This document shows, piece by piece, positions 27,931 to 38,316 of a DNA stretch of 64,000 nt (positions are counted from its first letter, which is position 1; each line of letters begins with the position of its first letter). The translations under genes were made by a program, and so were the position numbers. This DNA comes from a virus (lineage: Duplodnaviria; Caudoviricetes). The notes below the pieces were generated by a model. That model was not told the origin of the DNA. It searched no databases and saw nothing but the letters and a program-made list of their open reading frames with translations. The stretch covers positions 2,117 through 66,116 of the IMG/VR virus record IMGVR_UViG_2671180868_000001; one strand, given 5' to 3'.

Positions 27931-28418
27931 TGACTATATCCAAACGCTTAATGACAAAAATTGCCGGTGTTGTCGCTGGTGGGGCTATGGCGATCGCTAT
28001 AGTGTTACTTGGCGGCAGTGAGGGTCTGGAAGGGCGGGAGTATCTGCCTTATCGTGATGTAGTTGGCGTGCTAACGGTCTGCGATGGTCACACCGGCAAA
28101 GATATCATCCCCAGCAAACGTTATAGCGATGCTGAATGTGATGCTTTGCTGCACCAAGACTTGATCCCGGTATTTGCCGCCATTGACCGCATTGTTAACG
28201 TTCCCATGTCTGATTTCCGCAAGGCTGCCCTGGCATCATTTGGCTACAACGTCGGTATTACTGCCATGACCAACTCCACCATGGTGAAAAAGCTCAACCG
28301 TGGCGACACTTCTGGCGCGTGCGATGAGTTGCGCAGGTGGATTAAGGCCGGTGGCAAGGTCTGGAAAGGGTTAGTCAATCGCCGTGAAGTCGAGCGCGAA
28401 TTATGTCTGATGCCATAA
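27930..28418 (+). CDS. SAR endolysin (GH24)
   Basis: Gly/Ala-rich N-terminal anchor; E-8x-D-5x-T triad in EGREYLPYRDVVGVLT. Confidence 0.93.
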   Translation: MTISKRLMTKIAGVVAGGAMAIAIVLLGGSEGLEGREYLPYRDVVGVLTVCDGHTGKDIIPSKRYSDAECDALLHQDLIPVFAAIDRIVNVPMSDFRKAALASFGYNVGITAMTNSTMVKKLNRGDTSGACDELRRWIKAGGKVWKGLVNRREVERELCLMP

Positions 28419-28549
28419 AACCATTATGAATTAGCGAATAACACCCATTTACATGCTGTTTTGGTAACGCTACGTGAAATCTGAATCACTGGTGTATGCC
28501 ATTACCCCTGCTTTTTTCATAGTAAACGGCATTAAGCCTGGATCCTGAT

Positions 28550-29086
28550 ATGTCCACAAAACTGCTTATCGCGATTGCCAGCGTTCTGCTGGTGGTGATC
28601 CTGTGCCTTGGCGCTGCCGCTTTCTATTTCCACCAAGTTGCGGTTGAAAAGGCCGGGCAATTATCACAGTTGCAAAGTGAGCTGGATGAATCACAAGCCA
28701 CCCAGGCATTACAGGCTTTTCAGTTCCAGCGTGCCAATGAGATAGCGGCGCAAGCCGGTAGCTATAACGTCACCATTTCTGCCAAAAGCGAGGAAAGGCA
28801 AATTGAAAACCGCAAAGACCTCAAAGTTGAGGAATGCGCTGATCGGTATCTCCCTGATGCTACTGCTCAGCGGATGTACGACTATACGGACGGTCTACGT
28901 GCCAGGGCAATGCGCCATTCCGGCCAATCTGACGGAACCACTACTGGTGCCACTTCCCCCCGCAGAATGACTTACCGCCAAGCGGTGCTGTGGCTTGACC
29001 CGTTGCTGACCCTGTTAGACCGGGCCAATAACGATAGAGAGTTGATCCGCAGTTTGCCATCACAACAATCCACGGGAAATAAATGA
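28550..29086 (+). CDS. i-spanin (Rz-like), apparently extended by frameshift into the o-spanin C-terminus
   Basis: N-terminal TMD and coiled coil; the tail MTYRQAVLW...RANND looks like o-spanin. Confidence 0.75.
   Translation: MSTKLLIAIASVLLVVILCLGAAAFYFHQVAVEKAGQLSQLQSELDESQATQALQAFQFQRANEIAAQAGSYNVTISAKSEERQIENRKDLKVEECADRYLPDATAQRMYDYTDGLRARAMRHSGQSDGTTTGATSPRRMTYRQAVLWLDPLLTLLDRANNDRELIRSLPSQQSTGNK
28803..28970 (+). CDS. o-spanin (Rz1-like) lipoprotein, prematurely ended
   Basis: +1-frame ORF MKTAKTSKLRNALIGISLMLLLSGC...PLPPAE* with lipobox LSGC. Confidence 0.75.
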   Translation: MKTAKTSKLRNALIGISLMLLLSGCTTIRTVYVPGQCAIPANLTEPLLVPLPPAE

Positions 29087-29161
29087 GCTGGAGTCAGTCA
29101 TTACAGAGTCACTTCCCAAGAGGTGGCTCAATAATGGCCCACAACAGACTAATAGAACACT

Positions 29162-30019
29162 ATGGCAAAGCATGATTGGGAGGCGTTACAAACTGCCTTT
29201 CTGGCTGATAACGCGGATACTGGGATTACCGCTCAGCAATGGTGTGAACAGCATGGACTTAATTACCAATCTGCACGCCGCTATATCAAACCTCGTGCTG
29301 CGCAGTCTGCGCAAAAGAAACCCCGTAGAACTGCGCACAATGCGCAATCCGATGCTACTGCGCAACAGTGCGCAAACAGTGATGACGTGGAAGAGGAAGA
29401 ACAGAAATTATCATCGGACGCAGACGATGACCGCGATTCCGAGTCAGAGCCAGCCGAGAAACCGAACTCCGGCCGATCGGGCAACGGGCAATTCACCAAA
29501 GGCAACCGTCATTCAGAAGGTAATGCAGGTAATCCCAATCCGGTTGGCGCTTTTACTCCCGGCAATCAGGCAGCCAGAAAGCATGGTGCTTATGCGCGCT
29601 ATCTGAATGCAGATGATTTGTTTGAGGCAGCGGCTGATTCAGATCTTCATGACGAACTGATATTCACCCGAGCGCGGGCATTATCAGTGACCAAGACCAT
29701 GCGGAAAATCCATGAGGATTTAGTTGCAGCGGAGTCTGTTGAAGCGCGAATAGAACTGTATGACAAGCTGCTCAAGGCTGAATCAGCGCTGGATAGAAAC
29801 ATTGGACGTATTGAATCCATAGAGAACAGTTTGAGTAAATTGAAGTTGGATGCCATCAACGGACCTCGTTTAAAGGCTGATACCTACCGCATTAAAGCAG
29901 CCACTTCTAAGTTGGAGGCTGAGACTCAAAAATTAACGTCAGAAGGCAAGGGAGTTACAACACCACTCAGCGAAGCAGTGAAGGAAGTTAGGGACTCAGG
30001 ACAGGACGGTTTGCTGTGA
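29162..30019 (+). CDS. Terminase small subunit
   Basis: N-terminal DW...HTH, GNQAARKHG; precedes terL. Confidence 0.8.
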   Translation: MAKHDWEALQTAFLADNADTGITAQQWCEQHGLNYQSARRYIKPRAAQSAQKKPRRTAHNAQSDATAQQCANSDDVEEEEQKLSSDADDDRDSESEPAEKPNSGRSGNGQFTKGNRHSEGNAGNPNPVGAFTPGNQAARKHGAYARYLNADDLFEAAADSDLHDELIFTRARALSVTKTMRKIHEDLVAAESVEARIELYDKLLKAESALDRNIGRIESIENSLSKLKLDAINGPRLKADTYRIKAATSKLEAETQKLTSEGKGVTTPLSEAVKEVRDSGQDGLL

Positions 30020-31722
30020 AACAAGACGATAGACTTAACGATGCAGATATTGCCGTAATGACTGAGGCAGAACAGATAGCCTATATCAAAGTTCATTTAT
30101 CTGATGTTTGGTGGCGGTTGAATAACCTATACAAGATAGTCAATGAAGATGGCGAGCTAGTGACTTTTCGTATGCGCCCGGCACAGCGAGAGTTGTTCCA
30201 GAATATGCACTATCGAAATATCATTCTAAAAGCTCGCCAATTGGGCTTCTCAACAGGGATAGATATCTACCTTCTCGATCAGGCGCTTTTTAACAAGAAT
30301 CTCTCCTGTGGGATCATCGCTCAGGATTTACCGGCGGCAGGGGAAATATTCAGTACCAAAATATCTGTTCCATTCGATAACTTGCCTGTTTGGTTACGCA
30401 CCACCTTTCCGGTGAGCACCCGACGTGAAGGTGCCAATGGTGGGCATATCGAGTTTGCTCATGGTTCCAAGATCCGCGTATCAACCTCATTTCGCTCAGG
30501 GACGGTGCAACGGCTACATATTTCAGAGCATGGAAAAATTTGCGCCAAGTATCCGGCCAAGGCGAAAGAGGTCAGAACGGGAACGCTCAACGCCATCAAA
30601 GACGGCTGCATTGTATTTATTGAAAGCACTGCTGAAGGCGTAGGCGGCGATTTCCACACCATGAGCACGCGAGCCATGGATTTAGGCCAATTAAAGCTAC
30701 CGCTCACATCACAAGATTATAAATTCCATTTCTTTGCCTGGTGGCAAGATCCTAAATATCAAACTTCAGTGCCAACTGGCGGTCTGCGTTTAAGTAAATA
30801 CCATCAGGAGTATTTTGCTGCTGTTGAGCAAACGATGGGTATCACTTTGCTCGATGAACAAAAGCAGTGGTATATCCGCAAAGAGATTGAGCAGCAGGAG
30901 GAAATGAAACAGGAATTTCCCAGCACGCCGTCTGAGGCATTTCTAACATCTGGCCGCCGCGTATTCGCCGCCATCAATGTCATGCAGGCCGAAGGTCAGT
31001 GTAAGTCTCCGTTGCTGGTATATGACATTGAGCCCGTCACTGGCAAACGAACCAAAGTTCAGGCGTTACGTGCAGGTAATGCAGAAGAACTTCAACGCAC
31101 ATTGCTGAATCACTTATTAGTTTGGGAGTTGCCAGACCCTGATGAAGATTACGCCATTGGTGGGGATGTGGCTGAGGGCTTGGAAAATCGCGACCGATCA
31201 TCATTTGATGTGGTGAAAAAGTCTACTGGGGAACAGGTCGCCCACTGGTTCGGCTATCTGGATGCTGAATTGTTCGCTCAACTTCTAGCCCATGTTGGTA
31301 AATGGTACAACACTGCATTTATCGGTCCAGAACGAAACAACCACGGTCACGCAGTCATACAGAAGTTACGTGAAGTTTACCCACACCGTTCTATCTACTC
31401 AGAGCAATACCTCGACCGTGATCATGATGATGAAACACCAAAGCTTGGCTGGCTAACTACAGCACAAAGCAAGCCGGTCATTATTGAAGGACTTAAGTCG
31501 CTGCTTCGTGAGAATGCTTCTGGAGTCCGCTGGATTGGCACCATCAATGAATTGAATACCTACGTTTATGACGCAAGAGGTCGCATGAATGCCCAAACGG
31601 GGTGTTTTGATGACCAGGTGATGAGCTATGCCATTGCACAAGAAATGCGTGCGCGAATGCCTGCACGTCCGAAACACCAACCTATTGACCGTTCTAAACC
31701 TAAACACTGGATGGCTATCTGA
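30016..31722 (+). CDS. Terminase large subunit
   Basis: LKARQLGFST, LHISE, ESTAEG, GGDVAEG, FDDQVMS. Confidence 0.95.
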   Translation: MKQDDRLNDADIAVMTEAEQIAYIKVHLSDVWWRLNNLYKIVNEDGELVTFRMRPAQRELFQNMHYRNIILKARQLGFSTGIDIYLLDQALFNKNLSCGIIAQDLPAAGEIFSTKISVPFDNLPVWLRTTFPVSTRREGANGGHIEFAHGSKIRVSTSFRSGTVQRLHISEHGKICAKYPAKAKEVRTGTLNAIKDGCIVFIESTAEGVGGDFHTMSTRAMDLGQLKLPLTSQDYKFHFFAWWQDPKYQTSVPTGGLRLSKYHQEYFAAVEQTMGITLLDEQKQWYIRKEIEQQEEMKQEFPSTPSEAFLTSGRRVFAAINVMQAEGQCKSPLLVYDIEPVTGKRTKVQALRAGNAEELQRTLLNHLLVWELPDPDEDYAIGGDVAEGLENRDRSSFDVVKKSTGEQVAHWFGYLDAELFAQLLAHVGKWYNTAFIGPERNNHGHAVIQKLREVYPHRSIYSEQYLDRDHDDETPKLGWLTTAQSKPVIIEGLKSLLRENASGVRWIGTINELNTYVYDARGRMNAQTGCFDDQVMSYAIAQEMRARMPARPKHQPIDRSKPKHWMAI

Positions 31723-33848
31723 TGAATATCCCAACTAATGAATCTGAGGTTCCTCAATCTCAGTCAGCAAACCGTGACCGCTTTACACTTGAGCGATTGA
31801 TGGATATCTCTTCGGATATTGACCATCAGCCAGACTGGCGAACTAATGCCAACACCGCCTGCGCCTATTACGATGGTGACCAGCTTGCACCGGAAGTGGT
31901 AGCAAAGCTACGAGAACGCGGACAACCATTAACGCAACATAACCTTATCGCTCCGACTATTGACGGTGTGCTGGGCATGGAGGCTAAGACCCGCACCGAT
32001 CTAATGGTGATTGCTGATGATCCTAATGAAGAAATGGAAGTAATGGCCGAAGCAGTCAATGCTGAGTTTGCTGATGCCTGCCGACTAAGTGGTTTGAATA
32101 AGGCCCGCAGTGATGCTTATGCCGAGCAAATTAAAGCCGGGCTATCGTGGGTTGAGGTGCGCCGCAACAGTGACCCATTCGATAATAAATTTAAAGTGTC
32201 TACCGTTCATCGTAATGAAGTGTTCTGGGATTGGTTCAGCCGCGAGGCGGATCTGAGTGATTGCCGTTGGTTGATGCGTAAGCGCTGGCTGGATGTAGAC
32301 GAGGTGAAAGGGACATTCCCCGATAAAGCACAAATCATCGATTATTCCCTCAATGAATGGAAAGGCTTTGTTGATACAGTTCTGGCTGACGGGCAAGAAT
32401 CGGATCTGATGAGTGCCTATGAAGAATATCAATCGTGGAGCCGTGAAAGCACCGAGTGGGTCACCTCCAACCGTAAGCGCGTGCTACTTCAGGTTATCTA
32501 TTATCGCACTTTCCAACGCCTGCCTATTCTGCAACTGAGTAATGGCCGCGTGGTGGAATATGACAAGAACAACGTGATGCATGCTGTGGCGGTGGCCACT
32601 GACCGGGTTCAGGTCACCATGGCACGAGTCAGCCGGATCCGCGAATCGTGGTTTGTCGGCCCTCACTTTATCATTGACCGCCCCTGTACCGCGCCGCAAG
32701 GCATGTTTCCACTGATCCCGTTCTGGGGCTATCGCAAAGATAAGACCGGAGCACCGTATGGTTTGGCCTGCCGTGCCATTCCGGCACAGGATGAAGTCAA
32801 TTTCCGCCGCATTAAACTGACCTGGCTATTACAGGCCAAGCGAGTGATTAAGGATGCGGACGCGACCAATATGACCGATAAACAATTAGCTGAAGAAATT
32901 GAACGTCCCGACGGGGTGATTAACCTCAATCCCAACCGCGCCAATAAAACCACTGCCGCAGATGCATTAAATATCCAGCAGGACTTCCAAGTTGCCCAGC
33001 AGCAGTTTCAAGTGATGCAGGAATCCATGGAGTTGATTCAGGATGGTCTGGGTGTTTACTCCGCGTTCCTCGGGCAAGACTCCAATGCATCCAGTGGTGT
33101 GGCCATCAGTAACCTGGTAGAGCAGGGGGCGACTACCTTGGCGGAGATCAACGATAACTATCAGTTTGCTTGCCAACAAGTGGGCCAGTTATTGTTGTGC
33201 TATTTGCTGGAAGAATTAACTAAACGTCGAAACTATCCGGTAGTGATTAATCGCGATGATCCACGCAAGCGCAAAGAGGTGGTATTGAATGCCGCCGAAG
33301 AGGCTGGCCGGAGGAATAACGATGTATCACGGCTACGTGCGCATATCGCTCTGGCACCGATTCAACAGACGCCAGCCTATAAATCGCAACTGGCACAACG
33401 GTTGTCTGAAGTTATTGTCGGGCTGCCACCGCAGATTCAGGTTAGCGTGTTGGATATGTGGGTAGAACTGTTAGACCTGCCAAATAAACAAGAATTTGTT
33501 GAGCGGATCCGTGGCGCATTGGGTACACCGAAATCGCCGGATGAAATGACGCCAGAAGAGCAGCAGGCCGCACAACAGGAGCAACAGTTACAGCAACAGC
33601 AACAAGAACTGGCAATGCGCGAGATTGCCGGTAAGGTTGCCAAATTGGAGGCTGAAGCCCAACGTATTAATGCCCAAGCGGAACGTGAGGCAACATTAGC
33701 CAATGGTCAGCGCTTCAATGATGCTTATACTCAGGCGAAAACGGGGCAGGTGCTGCAAGATATGCAGAATGTGACCGAAGAGATTGGCGCTTTACACGAA
33801 CAGATGATGCAGACTATTCAAGGTCAAATTGACCAAATACCACTCTAG
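31722..33848 (+). CDS. Portal protein (933W-type)
   Basis: YYDGDQL, NLIAPTIDGVLG; 708 aa directly after terL. Confidence 0.9.
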   Translation: MNIPTNESEVPQSQSANRDRFTLERLMDISSDIDHQPDWRTNANTACAYYDGDQLAPEVVAKLRERGQPLTQHNLIAPTIDGVLGMEAKTRTDLMVIADDPNEEMEVMAEAVNAEFADACRLSGLNKARSDAYAEQIKAGLSWVEVRRNSDPFDNKFKVSTVHRNEVFWDWFSREADLSDCRWLMRKRWLDVDEVKGTFPDKAQIIDYSLNEWKGFVDTVLADGQESDLMSAYEEYQSWSRESTEWVTSNRKRVLLQVIYYRTFQRLPILQLSNGRVVEYDKNNVMHAVAVATDRVQVTMARVSRIRESWFVGPHFIIDRPCTAPQGMFPLIPFWGYRKDKTGAPYGLACRAIPAQDEVNFRRIKLTWLLQAKRVIKDADATNMTDKQLAEEIERPDGVINLNPNRANKTTAADALNIQQDFQVAQQQFQVMQESMELIQDGLGVYSAFLGQDSNASSGVAISNLVEQGATTLAEINDNYQFACQQVGQLLLCYLLEELTKRRNYPVVINRDDPRKRKEVVLNAAEEAGRRNNDVSRLRAHIALAPIQQTPAYKSQLAQRLSEVIVGLPPQIQVSVLDMWVELLDLPNKQEFVERIRGALGTPKSPDEMTPEEQQAAQQEQQLQQQQQELAMREIAGKVAKLEAEAQRINAQAEREATLANGQRFNDAYTQAKTGQVLQDMQNVTEEIGALHEQMMQTIQGQIDQIPL

Positions 33849-33851
33849 CTA

Positions 33852-33937
33852 TTGCATGCTTGCAAAATACGCGCTAGATTTCCGAAAGATGCACTACATT
33901 GCACTGAATTAAGCCTCGCCTAATCGCGGGGCTTTTT
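33852..33937 (+). promoter_or_regulatory. pR'-like late promoter 2 with terminator
   Basis: TTGCAT-17-TAGATT-4-AAAGATGC; hairpin AAGCCTCGC...GCGGGGCTTTTT. Confidence 0.75.
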
Positions 33938-34117
33938 GCTTTCTGGCATCTGTTATTTTCATCTGAATCACTCGCCCACCATTCGTGGGCTTTTCTTTTT
34001 CTACTATCAAGGTTCATGCCGCTAAGCGTTCTTATCCAAGAGTGCTTATTCGCATGGGCAGCGATACGCCTTTCTCATTCGGATCTATCCGGTAAATAGT
34101 CATGCAGGAGTCATAAC

Positions 34118-35188
34118 GTGGGCATTGAATTAACAGGTAATGAAACGCCAGAAGAGTTGGAAGCGCTGATCGATGGATTTGGTGATGTGAATATTTCTGA
34201 TGTAACACAGACAGCCGCGGTAACGACTACCCCAGTTGTTGCTGTTACTGAAGATACCAATGCGGTAGTAAATACGGGCGATAAGAAAGACGAGCTGCCG
34301 CCGGGCGCGACTACAGCACAAACCACGGAAGTGCCAATCGCTAAAACGACAGCAACCACGCCAGCGGCAACCACTGAAGGCACTGAGAAGCCAAAAGGTA
34401 TTCTCAGCAAAGATGGTCAGCATGTTATTCCTTACGACGTGCTGGTGGCCGAGCGGGCGGAAAAACAGCGTTTGGTAGGCTCCAATCAGCAAACGGCAAC
34501 GGAGTTAGCTGAAGCCCGGCGTCAACTGGCAGCGTTAACGCGACAAATCAACTCTGCCGGTATGCAGCCCGTTCCTTTACCTGAGAAAGCACAGGTTACC
34601 CCTGAGCAAATTAATGTTATCCGTGAAAACTTTCCGGAGATGGCGGCAGTGCTGGACACCGTGGTGCAGAAAATCGATTACCTGCAACAAGGTCAGCCAG
34701 CAGAGCCCGTCCATCAGTCGAGTGGTAACCCGGTTGCAGATGCCATCAATGCGGTACCTGATTTGAAGTCATGGCAGGATCAAGACCCTGACCGCTTCAC
34801 ACTGGCGGTACACATCGATACAACTCTGCAAAATGACCCTGCATGGAAAGACAAGTCTTTAACTGAGCGCTTTGCGGAAGTCGCGAAACGCACCAAGGCT
34901 GCCTACGGTGAATCGGTCGAACCGGTTCAACAAGAGCAGGCTACGACCATCACCACCCCTGCGGCCACACAGACCACTGCAGATGTGCAACGTATTGCCG
35001 CCGAGAAACTGGCCGCTGCAACTGCGGCGACTCAAGTACCTGGCTCACCGTCAGATCTCGGGGTAACAACGACTCATACAGCTTCGCCATTGGAGCAGGC
35101 TGCTAACGCTTCTCCAGATCAGTTACAGGCAATGTTTGCCGGTATGACTGATGCCCAAATTGAGGCGTTGTTAGAGCAGGCAATCTAA
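34118..35188 (+). CDS. Probable scaffolding protein
   Basis: Acidic, Thr/Ala-rich, IPYDVL motif; between portal and capsid. Confidence 0.7.
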   Translation: MGIELTGNETPEELEALIDGFGDVNISDVTQTAAVTTTPVVAVTEDTNAVVNTGDKKDELPPGATTAQTTEVPIAKTTATTPAATTEGTEKPKGILSKDGQHVIPYDVLVAERAEKQRLVGSNQQTATELAEARRQLAALTRQINSAGMQPVPLPEKAQVTPEQINVIRENFPEMAAVLDTVVQKIDYLQQGQPAEPVHQSSGNPVADAINAVPDLKSWQDQDPDRFTLAVHIDTTLQNDPAWKDKSLTERFAEVAKRTKAAYGESVEPVQQEQATTITTPAATQTTADVQRIAAEKLAAATAATQVPGSPSDLGVTTTHTASPLEQAANASPDQLQAMFAGMTDAQIEALLEQAI

Positions 35189-35227
35189 ACACCTCACTGA
35201 CTTAAACCTCAACTCGCTACGGCGAGT

Positions 35228-35351
35228 CAGACTGATGACAAAGTTAAATGAAGGGGAATCGTGCCGTTGGGGTCGTAACGGCGTGAGCCGTCGGAGTGCC
35301 CCGAGGTGCGGTAAACCCTTCACTCACTAAACTCTCAACCACTTTGCCATT
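35228..35351. mobile_element. MITE-like repeat copy A (YPAL-like)
   Basis: ~95-bp core nearly identical to copy B; imperfect TIRs; flanked by a duplicated hairpin. Confidence 0.65.
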
Positions 35352-35394
35352 AACCTCAACCCGCTTTGGCGGGTTTTTTATTTATGGAGTATCT

Positions 35395-36618
35395 ATGACC
35401 ACTATCACCTCTGCCCAGGCGAATAAGCTAATGCAGGTAGCGCTGTTTACGGCGGCAAACCGTAACCGCTCATTTGTTAACGTGTTAACCGAACAACAGG
35501 AAGCGCCGAAGTCGGTCAATCCTGATAAGAAAGGTACTACCCAGACCAGCCACAATGCACCGGTTGTTCGTATCACTGATCTGCAAAAGCAGAAGGGTGA
35601 TGAAGTAGATATGCAGATCGTACACAAACTGTCTAAGCGTCCAACTATGGGCGATGAGAAATTGGCTGGTCGCGGTGAAAATCTGGCATTTGCGGATTTC
35701 TCACTGAAGATTAACCAAGGCCGCCATCTGGTTGATGCTGGTGGGAAGATGTCTGAGCAGCGTTTCAAACACAACCTGAATAAGACCGCCCGCACTCTGC
35801 TGGGGACTTACTTCAATGATGTGCAGGACCAGTCTGCAACCTTCCATCTGGCGGGGGCGCGTGGTGATTACATGGCAGATGACACCATTGTGCCGCTGGC
35901 TGATCACGGTGAGTTTGGCAAGATCATGATTAACGATGTGTTGCCGCCAACCTATGACCGCCATTTCTATTCTGGTGATGCAACTTCAATGGAAACATTG
36001 GATGCAGCGGACCTGTTCACGCTGGCCACTGTCGATAACATTGCATTGTTCCTTGATGAAATGGCTCATCCATTACAGCCTATCCGTATGTCTAAAGATG
36101 AGTTGGCTAATGAGGATCCGTACTTTGTGCTGTACGTGACACCGCGCCAGTGGAATGACTGGTATACCTCCACGTCCGGTAAAGACTGGCAAGCAATGAT
36201 GACCCGAGCAGTGCAGCGTTCTAAGGGCTTCGATCACCCGCTGTTCAAGGGCGAATGTGCCATGTGGCGCAATGTGTTGGTGCGTAAATATGGCGGAACC
36301 CCCGTTCGCTTCAACGCGGGTTCTAAAGTGCTGGTATCCAATAATGACTTGGCGGCATCAACCAAGATCATCACCACCGGCACCACTATTGACCGCGCTA
36401 TGCTGTTGGGCGGCCAGGCACTGGCTAACGCTTACGGTACTGGCGATGGTGGCGGTTTCTTCGGTTACAACGAAGAGAAAGTGGACCATGGCAACGGTAC
36501 TGAAGTCTCTATCCGCTGGATCAACGGTTTGAAGAAGATACGCTTCAAACAGAAAGATGGCCGAGTCAATGACCACGGCGTCATGGTCGTGGACTCAGCG
36601 GTCACTCTGGGCAAGTAA
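35395..36618 (+). CDS. Major capsid protein (N4-gp56 family)
   Basis: GGAG SD; PVVRITDLQKQKGDEV...DHGVMVVDSAV. Confidence 0.9.
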   Translation: MTTITSAQANKLMQVALFTAANRNRSFVNVLTEQQEAPKSVNPDKKGTTQTSHNAPVVRITDLQKQKGDEVDMQIVHKLSKRPTMGDEKLAGRGENLAFADFSLKINQGRHLVDAGGKMSEQRFKHNLNKTARTLLGTYFNDVQDQSATFHLAGARGDYMADDTIVPLADHGEFGKIMINDVLPPTYDRHFYSGDATSMETLDAADLFTLATVDNIALFLDEMAHPLQPIRMSKDELANEDPYFVLYVTPRQWNDWYTSTSGKDWQAMMTRAVQRSKGFDHPLFKGECAMWRNVLVRKYGGTPVRFNAGSKVLVSNNDLAASTKIITTGTTIDRAMLLGGQALANAYGTGDGGGFFGYNEEKVDHGNGTEVSIRWINGLKKIRFKQKDGRVNDHGVMVVDSAVTLGK

Positions 36619-36694
36619 TCTCTCAGTAATTCAATACGCTAATACCCCAAGGGCAGGCTTCGGTCTGCTCTCTTTTTGTCTGGAGAAAAATGTT

Positions 36695-37078
36695 ATGACA
36701 ATTATTAAAGCGCCTTCTATGGGCGATGCAGTATATCAAGGCCCGCAAGGAAACCTGTCGCTGGCTGAAGGGCAGATTATTTTGAAAGATGCTGCTGCCG
36801 GTGATGTGATTGAGTTTTTGGAATTGCCTATCGGCATGCGTATTTACGGTGTGAGTGTGGTCAGTGAAGCACTGGGTGCGGGTGTTACCGTAGAGGTTAA
36901 GAGCGGAACCACCTCATTAGTGGCCGCCGCCAGCCATGCCGCTGCTGTCGCAAAAAATGTGCCAATTGTTCCTTACAGCACGCAAGCAGCAGGTGAGAAA
37001 GTGACTGCGGTGATTGCCGGTGGCGCGGCAAATGGCCGTCTGGTGGTGAATATCCTGTACGTGGCTGTCGGTTACTAA
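36695..37078 (+). CDS. Capsid decoration-like protein
   Basis: Small beta-rich protein after the capsid gene, as in 933W-like phages. Confidence 0.65.
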   Translation: MTIIKAPSMGDAVYQGPQGNLSLAEGQIILKDAAAGDVIEFLELPIGMRIYGVSVVSEALGAGVTVEVKSGTTSLVAAASHAAAVAKNVPIVPYSTQAAGEKVTAVIAGGAANGRLVVNILYVAVGY

Positions 37079-37107
37079 TTTCACACAAGCCTGCTTAGGT
37101 GGGCTTG

Positions 37108-37233
37108 AAACTGCTGACAAAGTTAAATGAAGGGGAATTTGTGCCGTTGGGGTCGTAACGGCGTGAGCCGTCGGAGTGCCCCGAGGTGCGGTAAACCTTT
37201 CACTCACTAAGTGACTAATAGCTTTGTCATTAA
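37108..37233. mobile_element. MITE-like repeat copy B (YPAL-like)
   Basis: CTGCTGACAAAG...CTTTGTCATTAA, inserted just after a hairpin. Confidence 0.65.
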
Positions 37234-37264
37234 CCACTTTACTACCCGCAATCTGGAGTTTCCC

Positions 37265-37717
37265 ATGCCTAACAAAATCGCCGTGGTCTATATCGGCCTA
37301 AAAGAAAAAAAACGCGACACCATTACCGGTAGCCGCCTGGTATTCCCGCGCCATAAACCGGTCGAGGTTGAAAGTGCCATTGCCCATCAGTTGTTGGATT
37401 TCCCAACAGTATTTATTCGACACGATGAATTGGAAAGTACGCTCAATCTGCAACAAGCCTCAGAGCAAGAACATGCAGAGCTGGCTGCGCAACTTATAGA
37501 ACAAGCCAAACTTGAGGCGGCAAAAAATAGTTTTGTCCTGAAGATCGGTGGTGATGATGTTGATATTGCCAAACTGACTTCTGTTCAACTGGCAACGTTA
37601 GTCGAATCTGAAGATCTGGATATCAAGCAGGGTGCCCAGGAAAAGGTTGATGATTTCCGCGCTCGTGTTCGTGAAGCCATTCAGGCCAAGAACGTGGCTA
37701 GCACTGAGGCTGAATAA
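37265..37717 (+). CDS. Virion-associated hypothetical protein
   Basis: GGAG SD; conserved position in the morphogenesis module. Confidence 0.7.
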   Translation: MPNKIAVVYIGLKEKKRDTITGSRLVFPRHKPVEVESAIAHQLLDFPTVFIRHDELESTLNLQQASEQEHAELAAQLIEQAKLEAAKNSFVLKIGGDDVDIAKLTSVQLATLVESEDLDIKQGAQEKVDDFRARVREAIQAKNVASTEAE

Positions 37718-37719
37718 CG

Positions 37720-38316
37720 ATGGCAACACTTGACGCATTTCTACCAACCATACGAAAGCATATCAGCGGCCCGCTAGATATCATGATGAAGCAGGCCGCA
37801 TTAGATGCAGCGATCACTTTTTGTCGTGAGTCATTGCTCTGCCGTGACGCTGTCACTTTTAATGATGTTGCTCTGGGTACGACTTATATCCTGACGGACA
37901 GTGATCTGGTGAAATGCGTCAAACGTCTACGGGTATTAGACCTCACTGATCAGGTCAGTAATGCCAGTGCGCTGGGTGTTCCGTTGACGGCTGGCATTGA
38001 ATTTACCGTAAAGTCTGCCAATCAAATCATTTTCAATCAGCAGTTTACCAAAGTGACTGTGGATTTTGCCATTGAACCAAGGCGTGATGTTACTGAGGTG
38101 CCGGATGTACTGGCAGACGACTATGCAGACGTAATCGCTATTGGCGCACTTGAAGATTTATTTATCATGTCAGGCAAACCGTGGACGGATCCGCAGCGCT
38201 CACAATACTTCGGGGTGCGCTTTGTCGATGGCTATCGTCGGGCATTCCGTGAGGCGCTGGATAACTCCCCGATCACCGCCTTCAATAACCCTGTTCGTAA
38301 ACACGAGTTCTTCTAA
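37720..38316 (+). CDS. Head-tail adaptor-like protein
   Basis: AAITFCRES...GKPWTDP; synteny. Confidence 0.65.
   Translation: MATLDAFLPTIRKHISGPLDIMMKQAALDAAITFCRESLLCRDAVTFNDVALGTTYILTDSDLVKCVKRLRVLDLTDQVSNASALGVPLTAGIEFTVKSANQIIFNQQFTKVTVDFAIEPRRDVTEVPDVLADDYADVIAIGALEDLFIMSGKPWTDPQRSQYFGVRFVDGYRRAFREALDNSPITAFNNPVRKHEFF

Noticed and set aside
35228-37233. Repeats as CRISPR or ERIC
   Set aside because: Only two copies 1.9 kb apart with genes between them; no cas genes; no ERIC TATAC...GTATA ends
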